A model generated the notes under the pieces. The model saw nothing but the letters and a program-made list of their open reading frames with translations. It searched no databases and was not told the DNA's origin. Shown in pieces: positions 19,913 to 29,235 of a DNA stretch of 64,000 nt (its first letter is position 1; each line of letters begins with the position of its first letter). The DNA is from an uncultured Bacillales bacterium (GTDB lineage Bacteria > Bacillota_I > Bacilli_A > RF39 > UBA660): NCBI GenBank assembly GCA_946410555.1, contig CAMKAT010000001.1, positions 47,108 through 111,107 of the forward strand. Reading direction: 5' to 3'. A program made the position numbers and the translations under genes.

Positions 19913-19993
19913 GTTGTTGAACTTATCTTTTTATGTTATAATTTATATATCTGAGTGCCTTATTAATTTATTATTTTGAAAGGAGAATTACTA

Positions 19994-21631
19994 ATGAGTA
20001 AAATTAGAATTTTCGCATTAGGAGGTCTTAATGAAAGTGGTAAGAACACTTATGTAGTTGAAGTAGATGAATCTATATTTGTCTTTGACTGTGGACTTAA
20101 ATATGCGAATGACAATATGTATGGAATAGATTATATAATTCCAGACTATTCTTATTTAATCGAAAATAAAAAGAGAATTAAGGGTGTATTTATAACACAT
20201 GCTCACTTAGAACAAATGGGTGGGGTAAGTGATTTAATTAATGCAATCCCAGATATAAAAATATATGCAACTAAATATACTAAAGAATATATGATACTTG
20301 AGGGTGTTAATAAAGATAATATCGAAGAGATTAAGGCACATAAAAAGATTAACTTCGGTGATGTATCTATATTCCCAATTAATGTATCTCATTCAGTACC
20401 AGATGCTGTTATGTATGTAGTTAACACTAAAGATGGTGCTATTTGTTATACAGGTGATTTTATTATTGATCCTACTATGATAGATTCATATGGAATGGAT
20501 TTAGGAAAAGTAGCTTATGTAGGTAAACAAGGAGTTTTATGTTTACTTTCTGAATCTAGTTTTTCAGAAAAGAAAGGACATACTAGTCCTCACCATAGAT
20601 TAACTTCTTGGTTTAAAGATAATATTAATCAAGCTGAAGGAAGAATTATTGTTTCAATCCTTCCAGTGCACCTTTATGCAATCCAAGAATTATTTGATGC
20701 ATCAGTTAACATGCATAGAAAAATAGTTATCATGGGTAACAAATTACAAAAGATTATTTCTATGGCTAAGACTGAAGGATATTTAAAATTCAATGATGAT
20801 ATCGTAGGTAATATGTCTGATATTGAAAGAAAAGATTCTATTATCTTAGTATGTGATGATAGAAAGACCCCAACTGGAGCTTTAAATAAAATCGTTACTG
20901 AAAATGATAAGTTTATTCATCTTAAAGATACTGATACTGTTCTTTTTGCAGAACCAGTATATGATGACACTGAAAAGACAGTAGTTAAAATGAGAGATGC
21001 AATTGCTCAAAAGAATGTTAATACAATCGTATTACCAAAAGATAAAACTGTATTACATCATGCATCTTCAGAAGATTTAATGATTATGTTAAACTTATTA
21101 AATCCTAAATACTATATGCCAGTTAAGGGTGAATATAGACTTATGGTTAATAATGCAAATTTAGCTGATGAATTACATATGCCAAAAGAAAATATCATTC
21201 TTAAACAAAATGGTGATGTTGTAGAATTCCAAGATGGAAAACTTCTAACTGATAAGTTTGATAAGATTAAAATCAATGAAACTTTAATTGATGGTAAAAC
21301 TTCTGATGATATCGGTGAACTTGTTATTAAAGATAGAGAAATGTTAGGAGAAAATGGTATCCTTCTAATAAGTGCTACTTTAGATAAGAAAACAAGAAAG
21401 ATTCTTGTTGGACCTGAGATTACTACGAGAGGTTTCATCTATGTAAGAGATTCATATAAAATGATCGAAGAAATTAAGAAAATTTCTAAAGAAATCATTG
21501 AAAGAAATGTATCTCCAAAATACGTAGATTTTAATGCTATTAAAAATGAATTAAGAGAAGATTTATCTAAATACTTCTTTGAAGAAACTGGTACTAAACC
21601 AATGATTATTGATGTTATTCAAGAGGTTTAA
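19994..21631 (+). CDS. RNase J paralogue (J2-like) whose metal-binding motif is degenerate: HAHLEQ instead of HGHEDH
   Basis: Full RNase J architecture (MBL, beta-CASP, C-terminal domain), but the signature reads THAHLEQMGG. Start moved to the ATG at 19994, because the track TTG at 19976 lies inside RBS AAAGGAGAA. Confidence 0.85.
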   Translation: MSKIRIFALGGLNESGKNTYVVEVDESIFVFDCGLKYANDNMYGIDYIIPDYSYLIENKKRIKGVFITHAHLEQMGGVSDLINAIPDIKIYATKYTKEYMILEGVNKDNIEEIKAHKKINFGDVSIFPINVSHSVPDAVMYVVNTKDGAICYTGDFIIDPTMIDSYGMDLGKVAYVGKQGVLCLLSESSFSEKKGHTSPHHRLTSWFKDNINQAEGRIIVSILPVHLYAIQELFDASVNMHRKIVIMGNKLQKIISMAKTEGYLKFNDDIVGNMSDIERKDSIILVCDDRKTPTGALNKIVTENDKFIHLKDTDTVLFAEPVYDDTEKTVVKMRDAIAQKNVNTIVLPKDKTVLHHASSEDLMIMLNLLNPKYYMPVKGEYRLMVNNANLADELHMPKENIILKQNGDVVEFQDGKLLTDKFDKIKINETLIDGKTSDDIGELVIKDREMLGENGILLISATLDKKTRKILVGPEITTRGFIYVRDSYKMIEEIKKISKEIIERNVSPKYVDFNAIKNELREDLSKYFFEETGTKPMIIDVIQEV

Positions 21632-21633
21632 TT

Positions 21634-21792
21634 ATGGCAATAAAAGTAAATAAAAAAGAAGTTGATGTTGAAACTGAAATCATGAATAAGTTAAGTGAAT
21701 ATGGACTTTCAATTGACTTTGGAGATGATGATTCAGAAGAAAAAGAAACTGAAAATAAAAATGAAGAAAAAGAAAAGGAAGCAAATAACTAA
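21634..21792 (+). CDS. Small acidic protein (52 aa), not in the ORF track
   Basis: RBS AAGAGG 8 nt upstream; sequence MAIKVNKKEVDVETEIMNKLSEYGLSIDFGDDDSEEKETENKNEEKEKEANN; followed by a terminator hairpin (GGAAGCAAA...TTTGCTCC, then T6). Confidence 0.4.
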   Translation: MAIKVNKKEVDVETEIMNKLSEYGLSIDFGDDDSEEKETENKNEEKEKEANN

Positions 21793-21879
21793 TTTTGCTC
21801 CTTTTTTAGTGCTCTGATATTAAGTTTTTGTAGAATATAGGTACTTAAAATGTTAAAATATTTTAAAGGTGTGGTGGTT

Positions 21880-23157
21880 ATGAAAGAGAGTGTTTTACCT
21901 GCTGATATCTATACTGTAGTTAATCAAACAGTATTAACAGAGAATGATAAAAAAGTACTTATAAATTTATATCAACCAATCATTGGAGCTGAAGCAATTT
22001 CTTTATATCTAACATTTTGGAATGATTTAGGTAAAAGAGACTTAATGTCATCTGATTATTCACATCATCATTTAATGGTAGTGTTAAAATCTAGACTAGA
22101 TAAAATTATTGAAGCTCGTACTTGTTTAGAAGCAATTGGTCTTCTAAAAAGTTATATAAGAAAAAATGAAAATTTAAATGAATATTTATATGAACTATTC
22201 TCACCACTAAGCCCATATGATTTTCTTAATCATCCAGTATTAAGTGTATTACTTAGAAATAATATCGGAGAAGAAGAATATAACATTATAGTTAATGAGT
22301 ATAAAAAACATAATATAAGAAAAGATTCATATGAAGAAATAACTTCTTCAATGAATGAAACATTTAGAAGTATTCCTTCAACTAGTCTTGAAGAAATAAG
22401 AAAAGAAGAAACTCTAGGACCTAACATTGAAGATAGAATAGACTTCGACTTAGTTATTAAATCTATTCCAACTGGACTAGTTAATGCAAGAACATTTAAT
22501 AAAAGAGTTAAGTCTTTAATTAATCAATTATCATTTGTTTATAATATAGATACTATAAAGATGATAGAGTTAATAAGATTATCAATCGAAGATGTAGGAT
22601 TAATTAATAAAGATAAACTAATTCAAAATGCAAGAAAGAGTTATGAATTTAATAATAATGGAAGATTACCAACACTAATATTTAGAAGTCAACCAGAATA
22701 CTTAAAGACACCTGATGGTGATACTTCAAATGAAGGACGTATTATTAAAGTATTTGAAAATACTACACCTAATGACTTCTTAAAAGCAAGAAATAAAGGA
22801 GCATCTCCAAGTAAATATGATTTACAAACTCTAGAAATACTTGCAGTTAATTATGAACTTCCTGCGGGAGTAATAAATGTTTTAGTAGATTTCTCAATCA
22901 AAGTTAATAATGGAAAGTTAACTCGTAATTACATAGAGACAATAGCATCTACTTTTAAACGTAGAGGAATTAAAACAGTTCCTGATGCAATGAATGAGTT
23001 AAAGAAAGCCCATAAGAATAAAACTAAAACAATAAAGGTAGAACCTAAAAAGGAAATCAAAGCAGTTCCTGTATGGGTAAATCAAACATTAGAATCTAAT
23101 GAATTAAGTGCAGAAGAGTTAAAAGAATTAGAAGAAGAATTTAAAGATTTCAGGTGA
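21880..23157 (+). CDS. dnaB: Replication initiation and membrane-attachment protein of the Firmicutes DnaB/DnaD-like helicase-loader family. This is not the replicative helicase.
   Basis: Immediately upstream of dnaI; about 425 aa; DnaD-like C-terminal domain with a YxxxIxxxF/W-type motif (NYIETIASTF). Start taken at the ATG at 21880 after GGTGG. Confidence 0.6.
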   Translation: MKESVLPADIYTVVNQTVLTENDKKVLINLYQPIIGAEAISLYLTFWNDLGKRDLMSSDYSHHHLMVVLKSRLDKIIEARTCLEAIGLLKSYIRKNENLNEYLYELFSPLSPYDFLNHPVLSVLLRNNIGEEEYNIIVNEYKKHNIRKDSYEEITSSMNETFRSIPSTSLEEIRKEETLGPNIEDRIDFDLVIKSIPTGLVNARTFNKRVKSLINQLSFVYNIDTIKMIELIRLSIEDVGLINKDKLIQNARKSYEFNNNGRLPTLIFRSQPEYLKTPDGDTSNEGRIIKVFENTTPNDFLKARNKGASPSKYDLQTLEILAVNYELPAGVINVLVDFSIKVNNGKLTRNYIETIASTFKRRGIKTVPDAMNELKKAHKNKTKTIKVEPKKEIKAVPVWVNQTLESNELSAEELKELEEEFKDFR

Positions 23158-23161
23158 TTAT

Positions 23162-24085
23162 ATGAAACAACCAATTTATAAAGATGAATCAAAACTTAGT
23201 TATGAATATTTAGAAGCAGTTAAAGACACTGATTTTAAAAAGATGGTAGCAAGAATTAAAGCTAGTGATGATCTTGCTAAGAAATATACATCTAAGATTC
23301 AAAAGTGTGTTGAAGAGTTAAAAACTTGTTCTAAATGTAAAGGTTTAAGTGAATGCAAGAATGCTTGTCCAGGACTTGTTTTATATCCAAGGGTAGATGG
23401 TAATATGATTACTTTTGAATATCATGAATGCAAATACTTAAAAGAAAAGAAAGAAGAGGAAGCACTTAAGAAAAAACGTGAAGAAGAGAATACTGCTTAC
23501 TTCTATAATGAACCATTACAAATTAAAAATGCATCAATGGCTGAAATTGATTTAACTGATAAGAATAGATTAAAAGCTATTAAATGGATTAAAGACTTTT
23601 ATAAAAAATATAATAAAGATAAACATATCAAAGGAGTATATTTACATGGCTCTTTTGGATCAGGTAAAACATATATTTTAGCAGCACTTTTAAATGAACT
23701 TGCTAAGAATGGTACATCAATAGTAATTATGTATTATCCACAATTATTAAGAAAATTAAAAGAAACATTTAATAAGAGTGATGATAATAGTTACAGTGAT
23801 ACTATGAATAAACTTATGACTACTGATATTCTTTTAATTGATGATATCGGAGCAGAAAACATTACTCCTTGGAGTAGAGATGAAGTCTTAGGTACAATCG
23901 TACAATATAGAATGGAAGAATCTCTACCAACATTCTTTACTTCTAATTTAACTATTGATGAATTAGAAGCTCATTTATCAGAAACAAAGAACTCTGTAGA
24001 TTTAGTTAAAGCAAAAAGAATTATTGAAAGAATTAAAACATTAACTGATGATATTGAATTAGTTAGTAAAAATCGCAGGGCCTAG
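23162..24085 (+). CDS. dnaI: Primosomal protein DnaI (AAA+ helicase loader)
   Basis: N-terminal Cys-rich zinc domain (CSKCKGLSECKNACPG), Walker A GSFGSGKTY, Walker B LLIDDIG, 307 aa. Confidence 0.85.
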   Translation: MKQPIYKDESKLSYEYLEAVKDTDFKKMVARIKASDDLAKKYTSKIQKCVEELKTCSKCKGLSECKNACPGLVLYPRVDGNMITFEYHECKYLKEKKEEEALKKKREEENTAYFYNEPLQIKNASMAEIDLTDKNRLKAIKWIKDFYKKYNKDKHIKGVYLHGSFGSGKTYILAALLNELAKNGTSIVIMYYPQLLRKLKETFNKSDDNSYSDTMNKLMTTDILLIDDIGAENITPWSRDEVLGTIVQYRMEESLPTFFTSNLTIDELEAHLSETKNSVDLVKAKRIIERIKTLTDDIELVSKNRRA

Positions 24086-24138
24086 TTATTGAATAAATAT
24101 TAATATTAACTTATAATTTACTTGAATGGAGGGCATCT

Positions 24139-25368
24139 ATGAAAAAAATAAGAAATATGGTTTTAGTATTTGCTTTATTCTTTACATGTATGGTTAGTGC
24201 AAAAGCTAATATTTATAGTACACGTAATGATTGTATAGCAGATGCTGGAGGTAACACTAATCTTTCTACTGTTTCAACTAAAACAACAGTTAGATCATGT
24301 GTACAAAACTATTGTAATGCTCAACTTGGAACTTATGATACATATATGGTTAAAGAAGTAGTTGCTTATGGAACATGCGCAAATGGAAATAGAAATCCAT
24401 ATAAGACTAAAGTTTTTGGATATAACAGAACAGGTGCATGTGCAACACCACAACGATTAGCTGAAATAGTATATACTAATATGGATATTATATATGATTG
24501 TACTAGAACTTCTAATGGTAGTGCTTATAGTCAATCAGGTAATACTACTAAGAAAACTACTACAGGAAGTGGTGGAGGTAATGCTACAAGTCCAACTACT
24601 AAACCAACTACCAAAAGAACTGGTCCAACTACAACTGCTAAGATAGGTGGTAATGATACAACTACAACAACAAGAGTTACAACTCCAGGTGAAAATACTA
24701 CTGAAACAACTACAACAACTAGAGTATTAACAAATGATGCGTCCATTAAGAAAATTGTTATTAATGATAAATTTGATTTAGGATATAAAGAAGAAACTAA
24801 AGAATATGCAATCAAAGTTCCTTATAGTTTAAATGACTTTGATGTATATGTAGAAACTAGTGACCCATATGCTAAAGTAGAAGTTTATGGAACTAACTCA
24901 GTTTCATCTCTTGGTGGAGTTATTGATATTGTTGTTACAAGTAGTGATGAATCAACAACTAATCAAGTTAAAATAAATGTATCAAGATATACTAAAGAAG
25001 AAGGAGATTGTTCTCTAGTTGATATTTATATTAAAAACTATAGTTTAGATTTTTCATCTACTAAAGAACAATATACTTTAAACTTAACTAATAAAGATAG
25101 ATTTTTAGAGATTGAAGCAACTCCAAGTAATCCATCTTCAATTTATACAATCAAAGGAAATGAAAAATTAAAGAATAATAGTAAGATTGAAATCTTAGTA
25201 GAAGCAGTTGATGGTACAACGTGTACTTATGTAATTACTACTAAGAAATCATCTAAATTATTACTTTATTTACTAATTGCTGTAGTCGTAGGTGTAGGTT
25301 TATACTTTGCTATTAAGAAACTTATTGAACTTGCAACTAAAGGTAAAAATAGATATAGATATGAATAG
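24139..25368 (+). CDS. Surface protein with a Cys-rich N-domain, Thr-rich linker, two Ig/cadherin-like beta-sandwich repeats and a C-terminal TM anchor
   Basis: Signal peptide; eight Cys in the first 110 aa; poly-T/G linker; C-terminal LLLYLLIAVVVGVGLYFAIKK anchor. Confidence 0.5.
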   Translation: MKKIRNMVLVFALFFTCMVSAKANIYSTRNDCIADAGGNTNLSTVSTKTTVRSCVQNYCNAQLGTYDTYMVKEVVAYGTCANGNRNPYKTKVFGYNRTGACATPQRLAEIVYTNMDIIYDCTRTSNGSAYSQSGNTTKKTTTGSGGGNATSPTTKPTTKRTGPTTTAKIGGNDTTTTTRVTTPGENTTETTTTTRVLTNDASIKKIVINDKFDLGYKEETKEYAIKVPYSLNDFDVYVETSDPYAKVEVYGTNSVSSLGGVIDIVVTSSDESTTNQVKINVSRYTKEEGDCSLVDIYIKNYSLDFSSTKEQYTLNLTNKDRFLEIEATPSNPSSIYTIKGNEKLKNNSKIEILVEAVDGTTCTYVITTKKSSKLLLYLLIAVVVGVGLYFAIKKLIELATKGKNRYRYE

Positions 25369-25395
25369 ACATTTAATATGTCTATTTTATTTTGC
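25365..25395 (+). terminator. Rho-independent terminator
   Basis: TAGACAT-TTAAT-ATGTCTA followed by a T-rich tract. Confidence 0.55.
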
Positions 25396-25450
25396 TCTCT
25401 TGTTAATAGATTTAATTATAGTTATAATTATATTAAAGTAGGGTGATAGA

Positions 25451-25969
25451 ATGAGAGATGCAATTGCAGGAGCATGGTTATACTCATTAATACTTGTATT
25501 TGTAGTTATACTAGTAGCTTTTATTGCAATATCAATAAATTATAATAAAACATATAAATTAAAAACAACTGTGGTTAATATAATTGAAGAGTATCAAGGA
25601 GTTAACCCTGAGAGTGTTAAAAAAGTCGGAGGATTCTTAGCAGCTAATGCTTTTCGAACAGAAAGATATTGTAATAAAGTTGTTAATAAAGGTGAAAGAT
25701 ATATTGGTATAACTGATGGTAAGTTAAGTCCTATGTATGAAAGTGGTTCTCCTGCTGAGAAAACTGCTAAACCACAACAAGTATGTATAAGTAGAGACGC
25801 TCATACTTCAAATTATGATGGTAAGTCAGCATATACAGATTATTACTATAATATATATATGTCTTTTGATTTCTCATTACCAGTATTCGGAGACATATTT
25901 AAGTTCTCAGTTAACGGTTCAACAAATGCTATATACTATCCAGTAGATACTAATAACTGGGGTAATTAA
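25451..25969 (+). CDS. TadE/TadF-like pseudopilin candidate (N-terminal TM, C-terminal YPVD motif), paralogue A
   Basis: MRDAIAGAWLYSLILVFVVILVAF N-terminus; paralogous to 26383..26955 (shared MR-D/E-AI-G-W start and a C-terminal YPVD). Confidence 0.4.
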   Translation: MRDAIAGAWLYSLILVFVVILVAFIAISINYNKTYKLKTTVVNIIEEYQGVNPESVKKVGGFLAANAFRTERYCNKVVNKGERYIGITDGKLSPMYESGSPAEKTAKPQQVCISRDAHTSNYDGKSAYTDYYYNIYMSFDFSLPVFGDIFKFSVNGSTNAIYYPVDTNNWGN

Positions 25970-26056
25970 AAAAAGTGTAAAAACTTTTTACAATTTTATT
26001 GAATATAGAAAGTAAATATATTATGATATACATATAATAAGGAGGAGATTGATAAA

Positions 26057-26353
26057 ATGAAAGACGCAACAGGCGAATTAAGTATGACAGCAGTTGCAGT
26101 AGTAGCCATCGCTGCAATCGCATTATTATTTCAACAATTTGTATGGCCAGTAATTCAAAGAAACATTCAAACCAATGCATATTGTTCACAAACACAATCA
26201 TGTGAATGTGGTAAAGGTAAAAAAGTTGATGCAGAAGTTGGAACAATTACTTCAAATTCAGATAAAACTTGTTCATGCATTTATCTTGATGACGCAGGTA
26301 AAACTCATGGAGTATTATGTCCAAACAATGCTACTGACGCAGCATCTAAATAA
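26057..26353 (+). CDS. Flp-like mini-pilin candidate (98 aa) with six C-terminal cysteines
   Basis: Strong RBS AAGGAGG. MKDATG-ELSMTAVAVVAIAAIALLF resembles Flp prepilins (G, then a hydrophobic helix) but lacks the canonical E5/Y6. Cysteines at 44, 49, 51, 72, 74 and 88. Confidence 0.4.
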   Translation: MKDATGELSMTAVAVVAIAAIALLFQQFVWPVIQRNIQTNAYCSQTQSCECGKGKKVDAEVGTITSNSDKTCSCIYLDDAGKTHGVLCPNNATDAASK

Positions 26354-26382
26354 TAAATTCTAAAAATTAAAGGAAAAATTAA

Positions 26383-26955
26383 ATGAGAGAGGCTATAGGA
26401 GCGACATGGATTTTCGGAATTGTTATTGTATTTATAGTATTATTTACTGGATACTTAGCATTTTCAGTTAATTATGCCAAAGCCTTTACAATTAAAGATA
26501 AAATAGTTGATGTTTTAGAAAAATATAATGGGCCTGGTAAGAGAAACTCAAGTAGTTTTACCGGGCCTGTTTTAGATGAAATTAATGCTGGTATGAAAAG
26601 TATTAGATATAGTTCTAAAGGTAGTTGTTATAACGTAGGACTAGAAGTTTTTGAAAATGATAAAACTAAATTACAAAATAGATCAAAAACTATCATGGGT
26701 GTTACTAATGCAACTGCTGAAGTATATGCTAATAGTGCATTAACATTTAAACAAAGTAAAAACTATCATTATTGTGTAATTAGACAACAACAAGATAAAC
26801 TTGATGAGAAAAGTATAGGATTTTCAAATTATTTTGTAGCAACATTCTTTAGTATGCATGTTGAGATAATCAATTTACATTTGAATTTCTTTGTTACAGG
26901 ACAAACTAAAAATATTAGTTATCCAGTAGATGGTTTCTTATCATTTGAGGAGTGA
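26383..26955 (+). CDS. TadE/TadF-like pseudopilin candidate, paralogue B
   Basis: MREAIGATWIFGIVIVFIVLF N-terminus; C-terminal ISYPVDGF. Confidence 0.4.
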   Translation: MREAIGATWIFGIVIVFIVLFTGYLAFSVNYAKAFTIKDKIVDVLEKYNGPGKRNSSSFTGPVLDEINAGMKSIRYSSKGSCYNVGLEVFENDKTKLQNRSKTIMGVTNATAEVYANSALTFKQSKNYHYCVIRQQQDKLDEKSIGFSNYFVATFFSMHVEIINLHLNFFVTGQTKNISYPVDGFLSFEE

Positions 26956-27977
26956 ATAGAATGAACGTAATAGTTACAAATCAAAATAAAGCATTATTAG
27001 ATCAATTAAATGTAGATATAATTAAAAAAATCGAAGGTGAATATGAAGTATCTGAATTATTATCTAAGTTCGTTAATTTACAATTTGATAAATTAATAAT
27101 TGATATTACTTCAATTAAGAATTATACAGATAATGCAGTAATGACTTCATTTGCAAAATCAGTTGATCCAAATAGAGTTATCATTTTACTTAATGATAAT
27201 CCAACTGTTAATACAAGACCTTATATAGTTAATTTGATTAATAATGGAATTTATAATTTTTCTAGAAATATCGAAGGAGTAAAATACTTATATAATACTC
27301 CAAATACACTAGCTAGTGTACAATCTATTTTAAACCCACCTGTAAAGACTGAAAGTGCACCAACTGTAAATGCAATAGTTAATACTCAACCAACTACTAC
27401 TGAAAGTAGTAATGAAGTATATGCAAATAATAATTCCAATTTAAGAATCCCAATATTTGGAAAAAAGATTATTGGTTTATCCAATACGACAATGCATGCA
27501 GGTGCATCAACATTAACAAACATGATGGTAAGACAACTTAATAATAAAGGAATTCCTGCTATTGGAATCGAAATGAATAGACAAGACTTAATCTATTATA
27601 GAAGTGATAAATTATTCTCAGCTATGAGTAGATTAGACTTAGAAAGAGTTGTTAAAGATCACAACGATGCTGCAGCTATAATCATTGATTTAAATGATTT
27701 CCCTGAAGCAGATAAATATTGTAATTCAATTATTTATCTAGTTGAACCATCATTCATTAGATTAACTAAATGCATAAGAAGAAATAAAAATGCATTTGTT
27801 GAAAAGAAAAATGAAAAGGTAGTTTTAAATATGAGTTTTGTTTCAGATGATGAATTATATGATTTTGAAATTGAAACAGGAGTAAAAGTATTTGATAATA
27901 TTCCACCATTAAATGATAGAGATCAAGATGCTGGAGAAATAAACGAATTCTTACGTAAATTAGGATTTAATATTTAA
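26952..27977 (+). CDS. TadZ/CpaE-like protein: receiver-like N-domain plus a ParA/MinD-like domain with a degenerate P-loop
   Basis: N-terminal beta-alpha repeats resemble a REC fold but lack an evident phospho-acceptor. The second domain reads KKIIGLSNTTMHAGASTLT where ParA/MinD has KGGVGKTT, and a Walker-B-like AAIIIDLND follows. Confidence 0.45.
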   Translation: MNRMNVIVTNQNKALLDQLNVDIIKKIEGEYEVSELLSKFVNLQFDKLIIDITSIKNYTDNAVMTSFAKSVDPNRVIILLNDNPTVNTRPYIVNLINNGIYNFSRNIEGVKYLYNTPNTLASVQSILNPPVKTESAPTVNAIVNTQPTTTESSNEVYANNNSNLRIPIFGKKIIGLSNTTMHAGASTLTNMMVRQLNNKGIPAIGIEMNRQDLIYYRSDKLFSAMSRLDLERVVKDHNDAAAIIIDLNDFPEADKYCNSIIYLVEPSFIRLTKCIRRNKNAFVEKKNEKVVLNMSFVSDDELYDFEIETGVKVFDNIPPLNDRDQDAGEINEFLRKLGFNI

Positions 27978-28045
27978 CAGTCAAATAATTAATTTTAGTT
28001 GACATTACTTAAAGCAATAATTTATAATATCTTTAGAAAAGAGGA

Positions 28046-28399
28046 ATGAATATGTTATTAGCGAGCGAATCCATTGGTACTTTTTGTAGCAAGACTGCAG
28101 GTTTATTACAATATGTTGGATATGCATTAACAATTTTCAAAATTGCTATTCCACTAATCATCATTATCTTTGGTATGATGGATTTTGGTAAAGCTGTTGT
28201 ATCTGAAAAAGATGAAGACGTTAAAAAACAAGCAGTAAAATTATTAAGAAGAGCAATCGCTGGTGTAATTATTTTCTTTATTCCAACATTAGTAATTTGG
28301 ATTTTCGAAACTGTTAATGATTACAGTAGTGAAGCTGGACAATTTAATACTTGCAAAGAATGTTTATTACATCCAGGTAGTTGTCCTGCAGGAGAATAA
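28046..28399 (+). CDS. Small 2-3 TM membrane protein with a C-terminal Cys motif (CKECLLHPGSCPAGE)
   Basis: RBS AAGAGGAATGA; 117 aa; VirB2/TrbC-like size and topology (speculative). Confidence 0.35.
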   Translation: MNMLLASESIGTFCSKTAGLLQYVGYALTIFKIAIPLIIIIFGMMDFGKAVVSEKDEDVKKQAVKLLRRAIAGVIIFFIPTLVIWIFETVNDYSSEAGQFNTCKECLLHPGSCPAGE

Positions 28400-28409
28400 T
28401 TAAATATTA

Positions 28410-28437
28410 AAGGAAATTATATTTCCTTTTTTATTTT
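28410..28437 (+). terminator. Rho-independent terminator
   Basis: AGGAAAT-TAT-ATTTCCT followed by T6. Confidence 0.6.
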
Positions 28438-28487
28438 GTCTAAATTTAAAAGTATGTTATAATCTCATACGTGAAAGGGTGCTTTTT

Positions 28488-29117
28488 ATGAGATTAAGAA
28501 GAGTTAAAAATGCTTTAGAAACTGTTGAAAACAGTAAATATATAATATTAAAACCGGAGAGTCACAAGGGTAAGTTTAATGAAATATTTGGCAATAATAA
28601 TCCTATTTACTTAGAAATAGGTATGGGTAAGGGAGATTTTATTATTCAAAATGCTATTAATCATCCTGAGAATAATTACATTGGTTTAGAAAAATATGAA
28701 TCAGTACAAATGAGAGCTGTTCAAAAGTTAGAATGTTTAGATATTCCTAACTTAAGACTTATTCATATGGATGCTGAAAACTTAAATGAAGTTTTTGATA
28801 AAGAAATAGACACTATTTTCTTAAACTTCTCAGATCCATGGCCTAAGAATAGACATGCAAAAAGAAGACTTACTAGTTCATTTTTCTTAAATATTTATGA
28901 TTCTACATTCAAAGGTAAACCTCATATTATTCAAAAAACAGATAATATTGGTTTATTTGCATCATCAATTGTATCTCTTAGTGAATATGGATATACTATT
29001 CATAATTGTTCACTTGATTTACATAATGAAGATATGGAAAATTTCGAAACTGAATATGAACATAAATTCTCATCTAAGGGTCAAAAAATTAATTATTTAG
29101 ATGCTGTAAAAGAATAG
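28488..29117 (+). CDS. trmB: tRNA (guanine46-N7)-methyltransferase
   Basis: SAM-binding motif LEIGMGKGDF and TrmB-type FSDPWPK motif; start at the ATG at 28488, because the track GTG at 28479 lies inside the RBS. Confidence 0.85.
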   Translation: MRLRRVKNALETVENSKYIILKPESHKGKFNEIFGNNNPIYLEIGMGKGDFIIQNAINHPENNYIGLEKYESVQMRAVQKLECLDIPNLRLIHMDAENLNEVFDKEIDTIFLNFSDPWPKNRHAKRRLTSSFFLNIYDSTFKGKPHIIQKTDNIGLFASSIVSLSEYGYTIHNCSLDLHNEDMENFETEYEHKFSSKGQKINYLDAVKE

Positions 29118-29235
29118 TCAAATTTGACTATTCTTTTTTTATCTTATGCTATAATATTTATTGTAGGAGTATATATAAATAATGTTTTAAAAATAAATAA
29201 AGTTTGTTATAATTAACTAGAAGAGTAGGTGTATT

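Noticed and set aside
19976-19993. Track starts at GTG/TTG codons (9749, 19976, 28479, 38163, 43221, 57814, 60535)
   Set aside because: In each case the proposed start codon lies within or upstream of a purine-rich RBS that properly serves an in-frame ATG 12-18 nt downstream. The downstream ATG was used.
23745-23753. Perfect DnaA-box-like 9-mer TTATCCACA inside dnaI
   Set aside because: It is a single isolated copy within coding sequence (codons for YYPQ), with no cluster and no AT-rich unwinding element, so it is most likely coincidental.
25969-26056. Hairpin-like AAAAGTGTAAAAACTTTTTACAATTTT after the TadE-like gene as a terminator
   Set aside because: The stem is A/T-only with a 1-nt loop, so it is unlikely to form a functional intrinsic terminator. 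The Flp-like gene is probably co-transcribed with the TadE-like gene.
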